Below are positions 1 through 10,159 of a stretch of DNA of 64,000 nucleotides, one piece after another. The notes beneath the pieces are model-generated. The model had not been told where the DNA came from. It saw only the letters and a list, made by a program, of their open reading frames with translations, and made no database searches. The stretch comes from an uncultured delta proteobacterium (GTDB lineage: Bacteria; Myxococcota; Myxococcia; Myxococcales; Anaeromyxobacteraceae). The position numbers and the translations under genes were made by a program. The stretch's first letter is position 1. The number at the start of each line of letters is the position of its first letter. Location: positions 448,001-512,000 of the forward strand of contig CAWFDF010000014.1 of NCBI GenBank assembly GCA_963814585.1. The letters are read 5' to 3'.

Positions 1-281
1 ACGCCAGCGTCGCCGCCGACGCCCTCGTCGCCGAGCTCGACCGGATGCTGACCCGGGACGACCCGTCGCGCACGCTGGCGGCGCTGCCGCCCGAGCAGCG
101 CGACGCCATCGGGCGGCGGGAGCTGGTCGACGGGATGGGCGCCCGGGCCGTGGAGATGGCCTGGGGCCTCCCCGAGAAGATCAGGATCGACCGGCCGGCC
201 TCGACCGAGGAGTGGACCTGGCCGGCCGGGAAGCGTCGAGCCTGGTTCCAGGACGAGAAGCTGCTTCGCTGGGAGCGCTGA
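1..281 (+). CDS. 3' part of a hypothetical protein (BamE/SmpA-like C-terminal motif), truncated by the window edge
   Basis: Frame open from the window start to TGA at 279-281; GM..AV..AWG.P....EEW.W pattern seen in SmpA-like domains. Confidence 0.55.
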   Translation, partial: ASVAADALVAELDRMLTRDDPSRTLAALPPEQRDAIGRRELVDGMGARAVEMAWGLPEKIRIDRPASTEEWTWPAGKRRAWFQDEKLLRWER

Positions 282-900
282 GCGAGGCGGCCCAGCAGGC
301 TCCGGCCCGGAGCCTGGCCACCAGGTCCGCCTCTCCGGCGACCGGCTCCCGGAACAGGGTCGCCGCCGTCCCCAGCTCGTCGAGCGAGGCCAGCGCCCCG
401 GACCCGCCGACGCAAGGGAGCCCGAGGTGATCGGCCGCCTCGACCGCGAGGTCGTTGGCCCGGCCTGGGCTGCGGCCGTGCAGCCCCTCGACCGCCGCGA
501 GCCCGTCGAGCGTGAAGACGGCGTCTCCGGAGACGCCGGTCAGCGCCTTGTCATAGGGGTGTGCCGCCACCGCGACGCCGCCCAGCGAGGCCACCCGGGC
601 CAGCGCGGCCTGGGCCGGTCGCGGCAGGCCGCCGAAGAGCCCGACGAGCGGGGCCAGCCGCCCCGGCGCGTCGAAGAAGCACAGGTAGCGGCCGTGGTCG
701 GTGGCCAGCTCCACCCCCACCAGCGCCAGCACGCCGGTCACCCGGGCGGCCTCGCGCACCTCTGGCAGCGCGTCCAGCGAGTCGAGATCGGTGAAGGCCA
801 CCCCGTCGAGGCCGATCGCCCGGGCCCGGGCCAGCGCGTCGAGCGGCCGGATCGCGCCTCCCGGCGTCGCCGGGGTGTGGACGTGCAGATCGATGAGCAT
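181..900 (-). CDS. PHP-domain metal-dependent phosphoesterase
   Basis: MLIDLHVHT, GLDGVAFTD, GVELAT, AHPY motifs; ATG at 900; 3' end uncertain because it overlaps the convergent gene by about 100 nt. Confidence 0.8.
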   Translation of the reverse strand: MLIDLHVHTPATPGGAIRPLDALARARAIGLDGVAFTDLDSLDALPEVREAARVTGVLALVGVELATDHGRYLCFFDAPGRLAPLVGLFGGLPRPAQAALARVASLGGVAVAAHPYDKALTGVSGDAVFTLDGLAAVEGLHGRSPGRANDLAVEAADHLGLPCVGGSGALASLDELGTAATLFREPVAGEADLVARLRAGACWAASLSAPSEAASRPGTRLDASRPARSTPRSRPAGRS

Positions 901-912
901 GGAATGGCTATT

Positions 913-941
913 TTGACACACCCCCACCCGATGGGGATACT
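913..941 (+). promoter_or_regulatory. sigma70-type promoter TTGACA-N17-GATACT, probably leaderless
   Basis: TTGACA 913-918, 17-nt spacer, GATACT 936-941, GTG start 6 nt downstream, no Shine-Dalgarno. Confidence 0.65.
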
Positions 942-947
942 CGCCGC

Positions 948-1142
948 GTGACCTTCACCGGCGTCAAGGTCTTCTCCGCCACCAAGGCCAGGGAACGCGA
1001 GGAGCTGGGCGAGACCATCACCCGGTGGCTCCGCGCCAATGCGGACCTCGAGGTGGTCGACAAGGTGGTATCCCAGTCCTCGGACGACGAGTTCCACTGC
1101 CTCTCCTTCGTCTTCTTCTACCGGCAGCGGCCCCGAGCCTGA
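948..1142 (+). CDS. Small hypothetical protein (64 aa), Cse60/DUF2758-like pattern
   Basis: Strong GC3 codon bias; VKVF...VVDK...HCLS.VFFY pattern; good promoter upstream. Confidence 0.75.
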   Translation: MTFTGVKVFSATKAREREELGETITRWLRANADLEVVDKVVSQSSDDEFHCLSFVFFYRQRPRA

Positions 1143-1177
1143 GCGCGACGCGCCCGGGTGGTGACCCGGAGTGAACC

Positions 1178-2546
1178 ATGCGTCTCAAGCAGCGCCCCGA
1201 AGACTTCGTCGTCACCGAGTCCTGGCGGTTCGACGACGACCCGCAGGGCGCCTGGCGCGTCTACCTGATGGACAAGCAGAAGCTCACCACCTTCGAGGCG
1301 GTGGAGCGGATCTGCTCGCGCTTCAAGGTGCCGCGCGCCGACGTCAGCTACTGCGGCCTCAAGGACAAGCAGGGCCGGACCACCCAGCTGGTGGCGGTCA
1401 AGGGCCGCGAGGTCGAGCTGCAGGACGCCGACCTGCGCCTCAAGCTCATGGGCCGATCGCGCCAGGCGCTCTCGGCCCGCAACACCACGTCCAACCGCTT
1501 CGCGGTGACGGTGCGTGACCTCTCCGGCGAGGACGTCGGCCGGCTGCCGGCCGCGGTGGCCGAGGTCCACCGGCTCGGGGTGGTGAACTACTTCGACTCC
1601 CAGCGCTTCGGGCCGCTCAAGCACGGCCAGGGGTTCATCGTGAAGGAGCTGATGCGCGGCGACTTCGAGACCGCGCTCAAGAACGTCATCGCCCACCCCA
1701 GCGAGCTCGACGCCTCCGGAGACGCCAGGGTGAAGCAGTTCTGGAAGGAGAACTGGGGGGACTGGGCCCGGCGCAATCCCCACCCCGGCGCCGAGAAGTA
1801 CGAGGCGGTCGTCAAGTGGCTCAAGAAGAGCCCGACCGACTTCCGCGGCGCGCTGCTCCGGACCGAGCCGCGCTGGCGGGCGCTGCAGGTCTTCACCTAC
1901 CAGTCGTGGCTCTGGAACGAGGGGGTGCGCCAGTTCCTGCGCGACGTGGTGGGCATCCAGCGGCTGGTGTCGATCCGCTACCAGGCCGGATCGCTGGTCT
2001 TCCCCCGCGAGCTGGACGGCGAGACGGCGCGCCGCCTCGACCGGATGACCTTCCCGCTGCTCGGCCCCGACTCGACCTTCACCGACCCGCAGGTCGAGAA
2101 GGCGGCGCTGGCGCCGCTCCGGCGGGAGGACATGACGCTGGCCTCGCTGGCGGTCCCCGGCACCCCGGAGATCCACTTCGACCACGAGGAGCGGCCCCTG
2201 CTGGTCTTCCCGGGCCGGCTCACGGTGGGCGACGCCCGTCCCGACGAGCTCAACGACGGCCGCCTCAAGGTGAACGTCGCCTTCACGCTGGCGCCGGGGT
2301 CCTACGCCACGCTGGTGGTGAAGCGACTCTTCTGGTGGACGCTGGAGCCGGGGGCCCGCAAGAAGGAGGAGGCCGCCGAGAAGGCGCTGGCCGCCATCCC
2401 CCGCCCCAGGAAGACGCCGCAGCAGATGCACGCCGAGCGCAAGGAGACCGGCTTCCTCGCCCGCAAGAAGGCCGCCAAGGCGGCCAGGGCGGCCGCGAGG
2501 GAGGCCGCGGCGGCGCGGACCGAGGCCGAAGGCGAAGCAGCGCTGA
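1178..2546 (+). CDS. truD: tRNA pseudouridine(13) synthase TruD (probable 1-nt error near 2515; raw ORF runs to 2914)
   Basis: KQRPEDFVV, GLKDK, NRF, NYFDSQRFG, F.L..GSYAT motifs; shifted frame ends PRPKAKQR-stop at 2544-2546, followed by a hairpin. Confidence 0.9.
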
Positions 2547-2550
2547 CCCG

Positions 2551-2571
2551 GCCCCGGGTGGGCACCGGGGC
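2551..2571. terminator. GC-rich hairpin between convergent truD and VOC gene
   Basis: GCCCCGG 2551-2557 pairs with CCGGGGC 2565-2571; no U tract. Confidence 0.3.
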
Positions 2572-2659
2572 GGGGGGCCTCCCCTGGCCCGCCGTCCGGC
2601 TCGAAGCTGCGGGACGAGATGCCGAGCCCTCGCGGCCCGCCTCGGGCGCCCTGGCCGGC

Positions 2660-3157
2660 TCAGGCCGGCGCCGACGCCTGCGGCCGCGCCATCGATCGGG
2701 CGAACTCCTCGCCGGCTCGCCGCATCTCGGCGTCGGTCATGTCCTTCTGGTGCGTGGCGAAGGACCACTGGTAGCCGTACGGGTCGGAGACCCCGCTGCA
2801 GCGGTCGCCCCAGAACATGTCGGCCGGCTCCATGGTCGACTTCGCCCCGGCGCCCATGGCCCGACGGTAGGCGGCGTCGCAGTCCTCGACGTGGAGCCAG
2901 AGCGTGACCGGTGACGGGTTCGACTCCGTCGGCGCCGGCCGGCTCATCCCGGGCATCTCGTCGCCCAGGTAGATGACCGAGTCCCCGATGCGCAGCTCGG
3001 CGTGCCAGAGGCTCTTCCCGTCGGGCGCCATCATCCGGGTGACCTCCTTCGCGCCCAGGGCCCTCTTGTAGAACTCGATCGCCTTCACGCCGTCGCGGAG
3101 CACCAGGCCCGGCGTCAGCGTGTGCGCCCCCTTCGGAATCGGATTCACTCGTGCCAT
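2660..3157 (-). CDS. VOC/glyoxalase (PhnB-like) family protein
   Basis: AIEFYKRALGA, HAELRIGDS, DMFWGDR..DPYG.QW motifs; GAGGAGG SD upstream. Confidence 0.9.
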   Translation of the reverse strand: MARVNPIPKGAHTLTPGLVLRDGVKAIEFYKRALGAKEVTRMMAPDGKSLWHAELRIGDSVIYLGDEMPGMSRPAPTESNPSPVTLWLHVEDCDAAYRRAMGAGAKSTMEPADMFWGDRCSGVSDPYGYQWSFATHQKDMTDAEMRRAGEEFARSMARPQASAPA

Positions 3158-3267
3158 GTGGACCTCCTCGATCCAGCTTCGCGAGCGGAGGTCCTAGCCA
3201 GGGGGGCGGGCCAGGATCGACGCCGAGACGGGTTGAAAGCGGGAGTTTGTGGGGCGCGGCGCCTGCG

Positions 3268-4038
3268 CTAGATGCCCAGCCTCGCGGCCAGCGCGTCGGC
3301 GAGGTCCGGGGCGGTGTGGCGCACCGGCACCACCCCGGCCGTGAACCCGGCGGCGCGCAACGCCTCGGCGGTGGTCGGTCCGATGGCGCCGAGCAGCGTG
3401 CCGGCCAGGCGCGCTGCCTCGGCCCCCAGCCCGGCCACCACCCCCTGCACCGCCGACGGCGAGGCGAAGGTGACGGCGTCCACCCGCCCCTGCTGGAGCA
3501 GGTGACCAAGCGCAGCGAGCGAGCCGGGGGCGGCCGGCAGGGTCCGGTAGGCGACGGGGGCCACCAGCTCGGCCCCCGCGGCGCGCAGCCCCTCCCCCAG
3601 CTCGGGCCTGGTCTCGGCGGCTCGCGGGACCAGCACCGCCCGGCCGCGCACGTGGGGCGCCAGCGCGGCGGCCAGCGCGGCGCCGGTCGCCTCGGCCGGC
3701 ATGAGATCGGGGGCGCGCACCAGGGCCTCGAGCCGCGCGGCGGTGGCCGGCCCGACGCAGGCGAGGCGCCGGTCGGCGAGGAGGCCTCGCGCCAGGCCGA
3801 GCGCGTCGAGCCGCCGGACCGTCTCCTCCGCCGCATGGGCGCTGGCGAAGGCCACCCACTCGAACCGCTGCAGGTCCCGGAGCGCGGCGTCGAGCGGGCC
3901 GAAGTCCTCGGCGTCGGCCAGCGCGATGGCCGGGAACTCCAGCACCTCGGCGCCGAGCTGCCGCAGCCTCGCCGAGAGCGTGTCGTCGGTCCCAGCGCCG
4001 CGGGTTACCACCACGGTCCGGCCGGCAAGTGGTCCCAT
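3268..4038 (-). CDS. hemD: Uroporphyrinogen-III synthase
   Basis: VVVTR, F.S..A, CVGPATA, AYRT, TFASPSAV, AIGPTTA motifs; follows hemC. Confidence 0.92.
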   Translation of the reverse strand: MGPLAGRTVVVTRGAGTDDTLSARLRQLGAEVLEFPAIALADAEDFGPLDAALRDLQRFEWVAFASAHAAEETVRRLDALGLARGLLADRRLACVGPATAARLEALVRAPDLMPAEATGAALAAALAPHVRGRAVLVPRAAETRPELGEGLRAAGAELVAPVAYRTLPAAPGSLAALGHLLQQGRVDAVTFASPSAVQGVVAGLGAEAARLAGTLLGAIGPTTAEALRAAGFTAGVVPVRHTAPDLADALAARLGI

Positions 4039-4092
4039 TAGTGCCCCGTCCCTGGCAGGATGCCGGACCGTGGGCGCCGAGACGGCATCGGC

Positions 4093-5040
4093 CTACTTCC
4101 GGACCGGCGCGCCGAGGCCGACGGTGTGCCCCTCGGCCTCCTTGAGGATCTCGCCGGCGCCGTGGCCGAGCAGCTCGACCGCCAGCGCGTCACCCAGGGC
4201 GCGCGCCTCCTCCACCGGCCCCCGCCGCTCGCCGCGGATGATGCGGGTGCCGTCGACCGAGGCCACCAGGGCCCGCAGGTGGACCTGGCCGTTGGCGACG
4301 GTGGCGTGGCCGGCGATGGGCACCTGGCAGCCGCCCTCGATGCGGGCCAGGAAGCCGCGCTCCGCCTCGACCCGGTAGCGGGTCTCGACGTCGTCGAGTC
4401 GCGCCAGCCGCGCCAGCGTGGCCTGGTCGTCGGCGCGGGCCTCCAGCGCCAGCGCACCCTGGGCCACAGCGGGCAGCATCTCCTCCGGCGAGAAGACCTG
4501 CGTGGCGTGCTGGGCCAGCCCGAGCCGGCGCAGGCCGGCGTAGGCGAGGACCACCGCATCGAGCCCCCGCGAGGCCTTGTCGAGCCGGGTCTGGACGTTG
4601 CCGCGCACCACCTCCATGTGCAGGTCGGGGCGGACCGCCTTGAGCTGGGCCGAGCGCCGCAGCGAGGAGGTGCCGACGCGGGCTCCCGGCGGCAACCGAT
4701 CCAGCGTCTTCCAGCGCGGCGAGCAGAGCGCGTCGCGCGGGTCCTCCCGCACCGGGATGGCGGCCACCACCAGGCCCGGGGCGACGATGGCCGGCAGGTC
4801 CTTCATGGAGTGGACGGCGATCTGGGCGTCGCCGGCGAGCAGGGCGTCCTCGATCTCCTTGACGAAGAGCCCCTTGCCGCCCACCTGGGCCAGGGGCACC
4901 TCGAGGATCTTGTCGCCGCGGGTCATCAGCTCGTGGAGCTCGACCTGCAGGCCCGGCTCGAGGGCGCGCAGCAGGTCGGCGACGTGGTGGGCCTGCCACT
5001 TGGCCAGCGGGCTCTTGCGGGTGGCGATGCGGATGGTCAC
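4093..5040 (-). CDS. hemC: Hydroxymethylbilane synthase (porphobilinogen deaminase)
   Basis: [49 protein letters not shown] at 5040 overlaps the hemA stop. Confidence 0.96.
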   Translation of the reverse strand: MTIRIATRKSPLAKWQAHHVADLLRALEPGLQVELHELMTRGDKILEVPLAQVGGKGLFVKEIEDALLAGDAQIAVHSMKDLPAIVAPGLVVAAIPVREDPRDALCSPRWKTLDRLPPGARVGTSSLRRSAQLKAVRPDLHMEVVRGNVQTRLDKASRGLDAVVLAYAGLRRLGLAQHATQVFSPEEMLPAVAQGALALEARADDQATLARLARLDDVETRYRVEAERGFLARIEGGCQVPIAGHATVANGQVHLRALVASVDGTRIIRGERRGPVEEARALGDALAVELLGHGAGEILKEAEGHTVGLGAPVRK

Positions 5041-6360
5041 GCGTTGTCCTTCTTCGGTGAGGGGACGGTCGGGCCCGCCGGCGGGGTGCCGCGGCGACCG
5101 GGGCGATGGGCCTGATCGAGGCCGAACAGCTCGGCGACGGCGCCGGCCAGCGCGCTCTCGCCGGACGAGGCGGAGGCCTTGAGCTTGACGGTGGGGAGGT
5201 GGAGCAGCTTGTTGACGATGGCCTGCGCCATGGCCTCGATGGAGGCCCGGGCCCGCTCGTCGAGCGCGTCGCCGGCCCTCTGCAGCGTGCGCTCCGCCTC
5301 GTCCCTGGCGATGGCCTCGGCCCGCTGGCGCAGCGTCACCAGCACGGGCAGCGCGGCGCGAGTCTCCCGCTCGCGCGTGAAGGCGATGACCTCGGCCTCG
5401 ACGATGGCCTCGGCGCTCAGGGCCTCGCCCTGCCGCGCCTGGTGGTTGGCGCTCACCACCTTCTGCATGTCGTCGACGTCGTAGCCGAAGACGTCCTCGA
5501 GCTCGGCGCAGGCCGGGTCGACGTTGCGCGGCACGGCCAGATCGATGAGGCAGAGGTTGCGGTGGCGCCGCCTCCGCCTGGCGGCGCGGACCATGTCGGC
5601 GGTCACGACGTAGCTGGGAGCGCCGGTGGAGACGATCACCACGTCGGCCTCCACCAGCAGCTGTTCCAGCTCGGCCCAGGGGCGGAACACGCCCTCCACC
5701 TGGTCGGCCAGCTGCTGGCCGCGCTCCGGCGAGCGGTTGGTGACCAGCACCCGATCGACGCCCAGCACCCGCAGGGCCTTGGCGGAGAGCGCGCCCATCT
5801 TCCCGGCACCCACCAGCAGGATCGACCGGCCCTTGAGGTTCCCGAAGATCTTCTCGACCAGCTCGACCGCCACCTGCGACATCGAGGTGGCGCCGCGCCC
5901 GATGCCGGTCTCGGTCCGGACCCGCTTGGCGGTGGCGAAGGCCCGGTTGCAGAGGCGCGACATGTAGCCGCCGGCCGCCTGCACTCCGCTGGCCAGCCCG
6001 TAGGCCTCCTTCACCTGCCCGAGGATCTGCTGCTCGCCCACCACCATCGAGTCGAGGCTGGCGGCGACGCGGAAGAGGTGGCGGACGGCCTCGGCTCCCT
6101 CCTTGACGTAGAGGTGGTCGCCGGGCCTGCTCGGCCCGGCTGGTGAAGAAGCCGCGCGCCGCCGCCTCGGCCTTGGCCTGGACGAAGACCTCGACGCGGT
6201 TGCAGGTGGAGACCACGAAGGCCTCCTCCACGCCCTCGCTGGCGCGCAGCTGCTGGAGCGCCGACTTCAGGTCCTCGCCGCTCAGGGCGACCCGCTCCCG
6301 CACCTCGATGGGCGCGCTCTTGTGCGAGAGGCCGACCAGGTAGAGTTGCCGGTCGGTCAC
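5037..6360 (-). CDS. hemA: Glutamyl-tRNA reductase (frameshift near 6124, likely sequencing error)
   Basis: N-terminus [14 protein letters not shown] and STCNRVE in one frame; [29 protein letters not shown] and DLAVPRNV in the next. Confidence 0.93.
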
Positions 6361-7209
6361 TTCACGACCTCCGCACCGGGTCCCTTGTACTCGCCGGCGT
6401 GCATGGTGAGCCCCGGGACCGAGCGCAGGGTCACGATGGAGCCGGTGAGCAGGGTGAACCCGACCAGGGTGAGCAGGGCGTAGCGACGCCCGTGCCAGCC
6501 GAGGTGGCGCAGCTGGACCATGCCGCCGTAGAGCGCCCAGATGATCAGCGTGGAGACCTGCTGCGGGTCCCACGACCAGGCGCTCTTCCAGACCGATCGG
6601 GCGATCACCGCGCCGAGGATGCTGGCCACCGTGAAGGAGAGGAAGCCCAGCCGGACCAGGCGGCTGGTGAGCATGTCCAGCGAGTCGAGGGGCGGCAGGC
6701 GGGAGAAGAGCGCGCCAAACCGCTTCCCCTTCACCTCCCGCTCCTGCAGCAGGTACATGATGGCCACGCCGAAGGCCAGGCCGAAGAGCGCCACGCCCAG
6801 CGAGGCGGTCATGATGTGGAGGGTGATGGCCGGGTGCTTGAGCGCCTGGGGGGCCTCGCCGGGCGCGCCTCCCTCGCCGAAGAGCGTGGGGATGAGGATG
6901 ATGAGGGTGAGCGGCGTGACGAAGGCCCCCACCGACGGCAGGTGGTAGAAGCGCTGCACCAGCAGGTAGGTGCCGGCCAGCAGCACCGCCGTGAGCACGA
7001 AGCCGCCGCGCAGCGTGAACCACTCCAGCCCGCCGAACTCCTTGCAGGCCAGCCCGATGGCGGCCAGGTGCACCACCACCGCCGCCGGAGAGGAACCAGC
7101 TGCCGAACCGGGCTGCCAGGGTGTGGCGGGGACGGGCGAAGTAGAGCAGGTAGCCGGCGGCGGCCACGGCGTAGAGGCCGGCGGTGAAGCGGAGGAGTTC
7201 GAGGCTCAT
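6357..7209 (-). CDS. ccsA: CcsA/HemX-like cytochrome c assembly membrane protein (frameshift near 7088)
   Basis: Multiple TM segments, LHI, WSWDP (WWD-like) motif, GWHGRR; N-terminus MSLELLRF in the adjacent frame; directly upstream of hemA. Confidence 0.8.
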
Positions 7210-7270
7210 GGGTCGGTGTGTCCAGGGTGGCCCGCGCTGGCGCAGGCGTCGGCGCTTCCTCGCAGGTGGG

Positions 7271-7819
7271 TCAGGAGAGCTTGTCGAGCAGGAAGCGGGC
7301 CAGCTCCTCGGCCTCCTTGCGGCGGGCCTCGAGGCTGGCCGGGAGCGGGGCGGCGGGCCGCCTGGCGGCGGCCGGGGCGGCGGCCGCGGGTGCCGCGGCG
7401 ACGCGCGGCGCGACCGGGACGGCCGGCTCGGCGGGCCGGGCCGGCGCTGCCGGCCTGCCGGCATTGGCGGCGACGCGCGCCGGATTGGCCTTGGCGGTGG
7501 CGGCCGCCTGGAGCGCGCTCATCTCGGCGAGGAAGCCGGGCTCCACCTCGTAGGCCACGTCGCCGAGCACGACCGAGGCGTCGATGACCTCGGCCCCCAG
7601 CTCCTTCAGCTGGGCGACCGACTTCACCTTCTTGAGCAGCTGGTGGGGATCGGCCTCGGCGCCCAGGAGCGCCAGGAACCGGACCGCCGGCTCGAGCGCG
7701 TAGCTGCGGTCACGCCCCTCGCCGGAGAGCAACGTCATGACGTTGCCGACGAAGTCGATCCGGCCCTGGTCCGCCCAGGAGTCGATCATGGCTTGCGCGA
7801 CGAAGAGCAGCCCGGCCAT
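7271..7819 (-). CDS. Hypothetical protein with Pro/Ala linker and short C-terminal helix
   Basis: GC3 bias; globular N-terminus [10 protein letters not shown]....I...G, YEVEPGF; AAGGA SD upstream. Confidence 0.75.
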   Translation of the reverse strand: MAGLLFVAQAMIDSWADQGRIDFVGNVMTLLSGEGRDRSYALEPAVRFLALLGAEADPHQLLKKVKSVAQLKELGAEVIDASVVLGDVAYEVEPGFLAEMSALQAAATAKANPARVAANAGRPAAPARPAEPAVPVAPRVAAAPAAAAPAAARRPAAPLPASLEARRKEAEELARFLLDKLS

Positions 7820-7950
7820 CCAGAGTCCTTCTCCGCCGGCGCCCAAGTCCGCGCCGGGAGTGGGAAATTACCATGCCCGCGCCGCGGCTTGCCAGCGCCG
7901 TTGGGGCCGAATACAAAGGGCCTCCACCCAGGTCCCTTCCCGGAGCGCCC

Positions 7951-8280
7951 ATGGCCTCGACCGACGTCGTCACCCTGCAGGACACCACCTTCGACGCAGA
8001 AGTCCTGAAGAGCGACGTGCCGGTCCTGGTGGACTTCTGGGCGGTCTGGTGTGGCCCCTGCAAGGCCATCGCCCCGGCGGTGGAGGACATCGCCCGCCGC
8101 TACAAGGGGAAGCTCAAGGTCGGCAAGATGGACGTGGACGAGCACCAGCAGGTGCCGCAGAACTTCGGCATTCGCTCCATCCCCACCCTCCTCATCTTCA
8201 AGGGCGGCCAGGTGGTCGGCACCATCGTCGGCGCCGACAAGGGCAAGCTCGAGGAGGCGGTGAAGAAGGTGGCGGGGTAG
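7951..8280 (+). CDS. trxA: Thioredoxin
   Basis: [21 protein letters not shown]. Confidence 0.96.
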   Translation: MASTDVVTLQDTTFDAEVLKSDVPVLVDFWAVWCGPCKAIAPAVEDIARRYKGKLKVGKMDVDEHQQVPQNFGIRSIPTLLIFKGGQVVGTIVGADKGKLEEAVKKVAG

Positions 8281-8283
8281 CGT

Positions 8284-9438
8284 TCAGGTGGCCGGCCGGG
8301 ACGCCGGCCACAGGATCCCGGCGTCCACGTCGCGGATGTCGGTCCGCCCGCAGAAGGCCATGGTCAGCTCCAGCTCCCGGTGGATGATCTCGAGGCAGCG
8401 GGTGACGCCGGCCTCGCCGAGCGCCCCCAGGCCGTACAGGTAGGGCCGGCCGATCAGCGTCCCCCTGGCCCCCAGCGCGACCGCCTTGAGCACGTCCTGA
8501 CCCGAGCGGATCCCGCCGTCCATCCAGATCTCGATGCGCGAGCCCACCGCCTCGGCGATGTCCGGCAGCGCGGCGATGGCCGACGGGGCCCCGTCGAGCT
8601 GCCGCCCGCCGTGGTTCGAGACCACCAGCGCGTCGGCGCCGCAGTCGGCGGCGATGCGGGCGTCCTCGACGTCCATGATGCCCTTGAGGATGAGCTTGCC
8701 GCCCCAGCGCGCCTTGATCCAGTCGAGGTCGGCCCAGGTGACCGTCGGATCGAACTGCTGGGAGGTCCAGGCGCTCAGCGAGCCCATGTCGCTGATGCCC
8801 TGGACGTGGCCCACCACGTTTCCGAAGCCGCGCCGCCTCGTGCCCAGCATGCCCAGCCCCCAGCGCGGCTTGGTGGCCAGGTCGAGGAGGTTGGCCAGCG
8901 TCGGCCTGGGCGGCGCCGAGAGGCCGTTCTTGATGTCCTTGTGGCGCTGGCCGAGGATGTGGACGTCGAGGGTGACCATCAGCGCGCCGCAGCGCGCCGC
9001 CTTGACCCGGTCGATGAGGCGCCCCATGAAGTCCCGGTCCCGCATCACGTAGAGCTGGAACCAGAACGGCGCGGTGGTGTGGGCGGCCACGTCCTCGATC
9101 GAGCAGATGCTCATGGTCGAGAGCGTGAAGGGGACGCCGAACTTCTCGCAGGCGCGCGCGGCCAGGATCTCGCCGTCGGCGTGGTACATGCCGGTGAGGC
9201 CGGTGGGCGCGATGGCCACCGGCATGGCCACGTCGACGCCCGCCATCCGGGCCCGCGTGCTCCGCTTCGAGATGTCGATGGCGACGCGCTGGCGCAGCAG
9301 GATCCGCTCGAAGTCGGCCTGGTTGGCGCGGTAGGTGCCCTCGGTCCACGAGCCGCTGTCGGCGTAGTCGTAGAACATGCGTGGCACGCGCCGCCTGGCG
9401 AGCAGGCGCAGGTCCTCGATGCAGGTGATGGCCGTCAT
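8284..9438 (-). CDS. lldD: FMN-dependent alpha-hydroxy acid dehydrogenase (L-lactate dehydrogenase-like)
   Basis: FYDY..SGS, APTG, WFQLY, SNHGGRQLD, DGGIRSGQD..KA, GRP.LYGL motifs. Confidence 0.85.
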   Translation of the reverse strand: MTAITCIEDLRLLARRRVPRMFYDYADSGSWTEGTYRANQADFERILLRQRVAIDISKRSTRARMAGVDVAMPVAIAPTGLTGMYHADGEILAARACEKFGVPFTLSTMSICSIEDVAAHTTAPFWFQLYVMRDRDFMGRLIDRVKAARCGALMVTLDVHILGQRHKDIKNGLSAPPRPTLANLLDLATKPRWGLGMLGTRRRGFGNVVGHVQGISDMGSLSAWTSQQFDPTVTWADLDWIKARWGGKLILKGIMDVEDARIAADCGADALVVSNHGGRQLDGAPSAIAALPDIAEAVGSRIEIWMDGGIRSGQDVLKAVALGARGTLIGRPYLYGLGALGEAGVTRCLEIIHRELELTMAFCGRTDIRDVDAGILWPASRPAT

Positions 9439-9547
9439 GTCGGTCTCCCGAGCGGCCAAGGTACCAGCCGGGACCTCCCGGGTGAATGGCCCCGGGGGCG
9501 AGTCGCCCCGGGTGGCGGCCCGGCCGGGCCGTGGTTAGGAGGCACCC

Positions 9548-10159
9548 ATGCGCCTGTCCCCCGTGGCCACCGTCGCCGCCCTCGCCCTGGCTCTCGCGCC
9601 CCGGGCCACCCCGGCCGTGGAGGCCGGCCAGCCTGCCCCCGACTTCACCCTCCCCGATCTCGACGGCACGCCGGTTCGCCTCGCCGACCTGAAGGGGAAG
9701 GTCGTGGTGCTGGAGTGGTTCAACCCGGGCTGTCCCTACGTGGTGGCCGCGCACACCAGGGGCTCCCTCGTCGACGCGGCGTCCCGCGCCGCCAGGCAGG
9801 GTGTGGTCTGGCTGGCCATCAACTCCGGGGCGCCCGGCAGGCAGGGAGCCGGGGCGGAAGCCAACCGGGCTGCCCGGAAGGCCTGGAGGATGGAGCACCC
9901 CGTCCTGCTCGACGAGGCGGGCACGGTCGGCCGTGCCTACGGCGCCACCAACACGCCGCACCTGTTCGTCATCGACCCGTCGGGCCGGCTCGCCTACCGG
10001 GGAGCGGTCGACAACTCCCCCGATGGCGAGCGCGGTGCGCCCGAGGGCGGCACGCTGGTGGAGTACGCGGCGGCAGCGGTGGCCGACGTGCTGGCCGGCC
10101 GCCCCGTCCGGGTGACGTCCACGAAGGCCTACGGCTGCAGCGTGAAGTACGCCAGGTGA
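9548..10159 (+). CDS. Exported redoxin (AhpC/TSA, PRX-like) protein
   Basis: Signal peptide; APDFTL, VLEWFNPGCPYV, YGATNTPH.F, Y.GA.D, GCSVKY. Confidence 0.88.
   Translation: MRLSPVATVAALALALAPRATPAVEAGQPAPDFTLPDLDGTPVRLADLKGKVVVLEWFNPGCPYVVAAHTRGSLVDAASRAARQGVVWLAINSGAPGRQGAGAEANRAARKAWRMEHPVLLDEAGTVGRAYGATNTPHLFVIDPSGRLAYRGAVDNSPDGERGAPEGGTLVEYAAAAVADVLAGRPVRVTSTKAYGCSVKYAR

Noticed and set aside
2546..2914. Long C-terminal extension of TruD antisense to the VOC gene
   Set aside because: A one-base correction gives a natural stop at 2546 followed by a hairpin; the extension is shadow sequence
4093..7464. 1123-aa ORF that looks like a CcsA-HemA-HemC fusion
   Set aside because: Artefact of two frameshifts placing the N-termini of ccsA and hemA in frame with hemC; the intervening translation is off-frame nonsense
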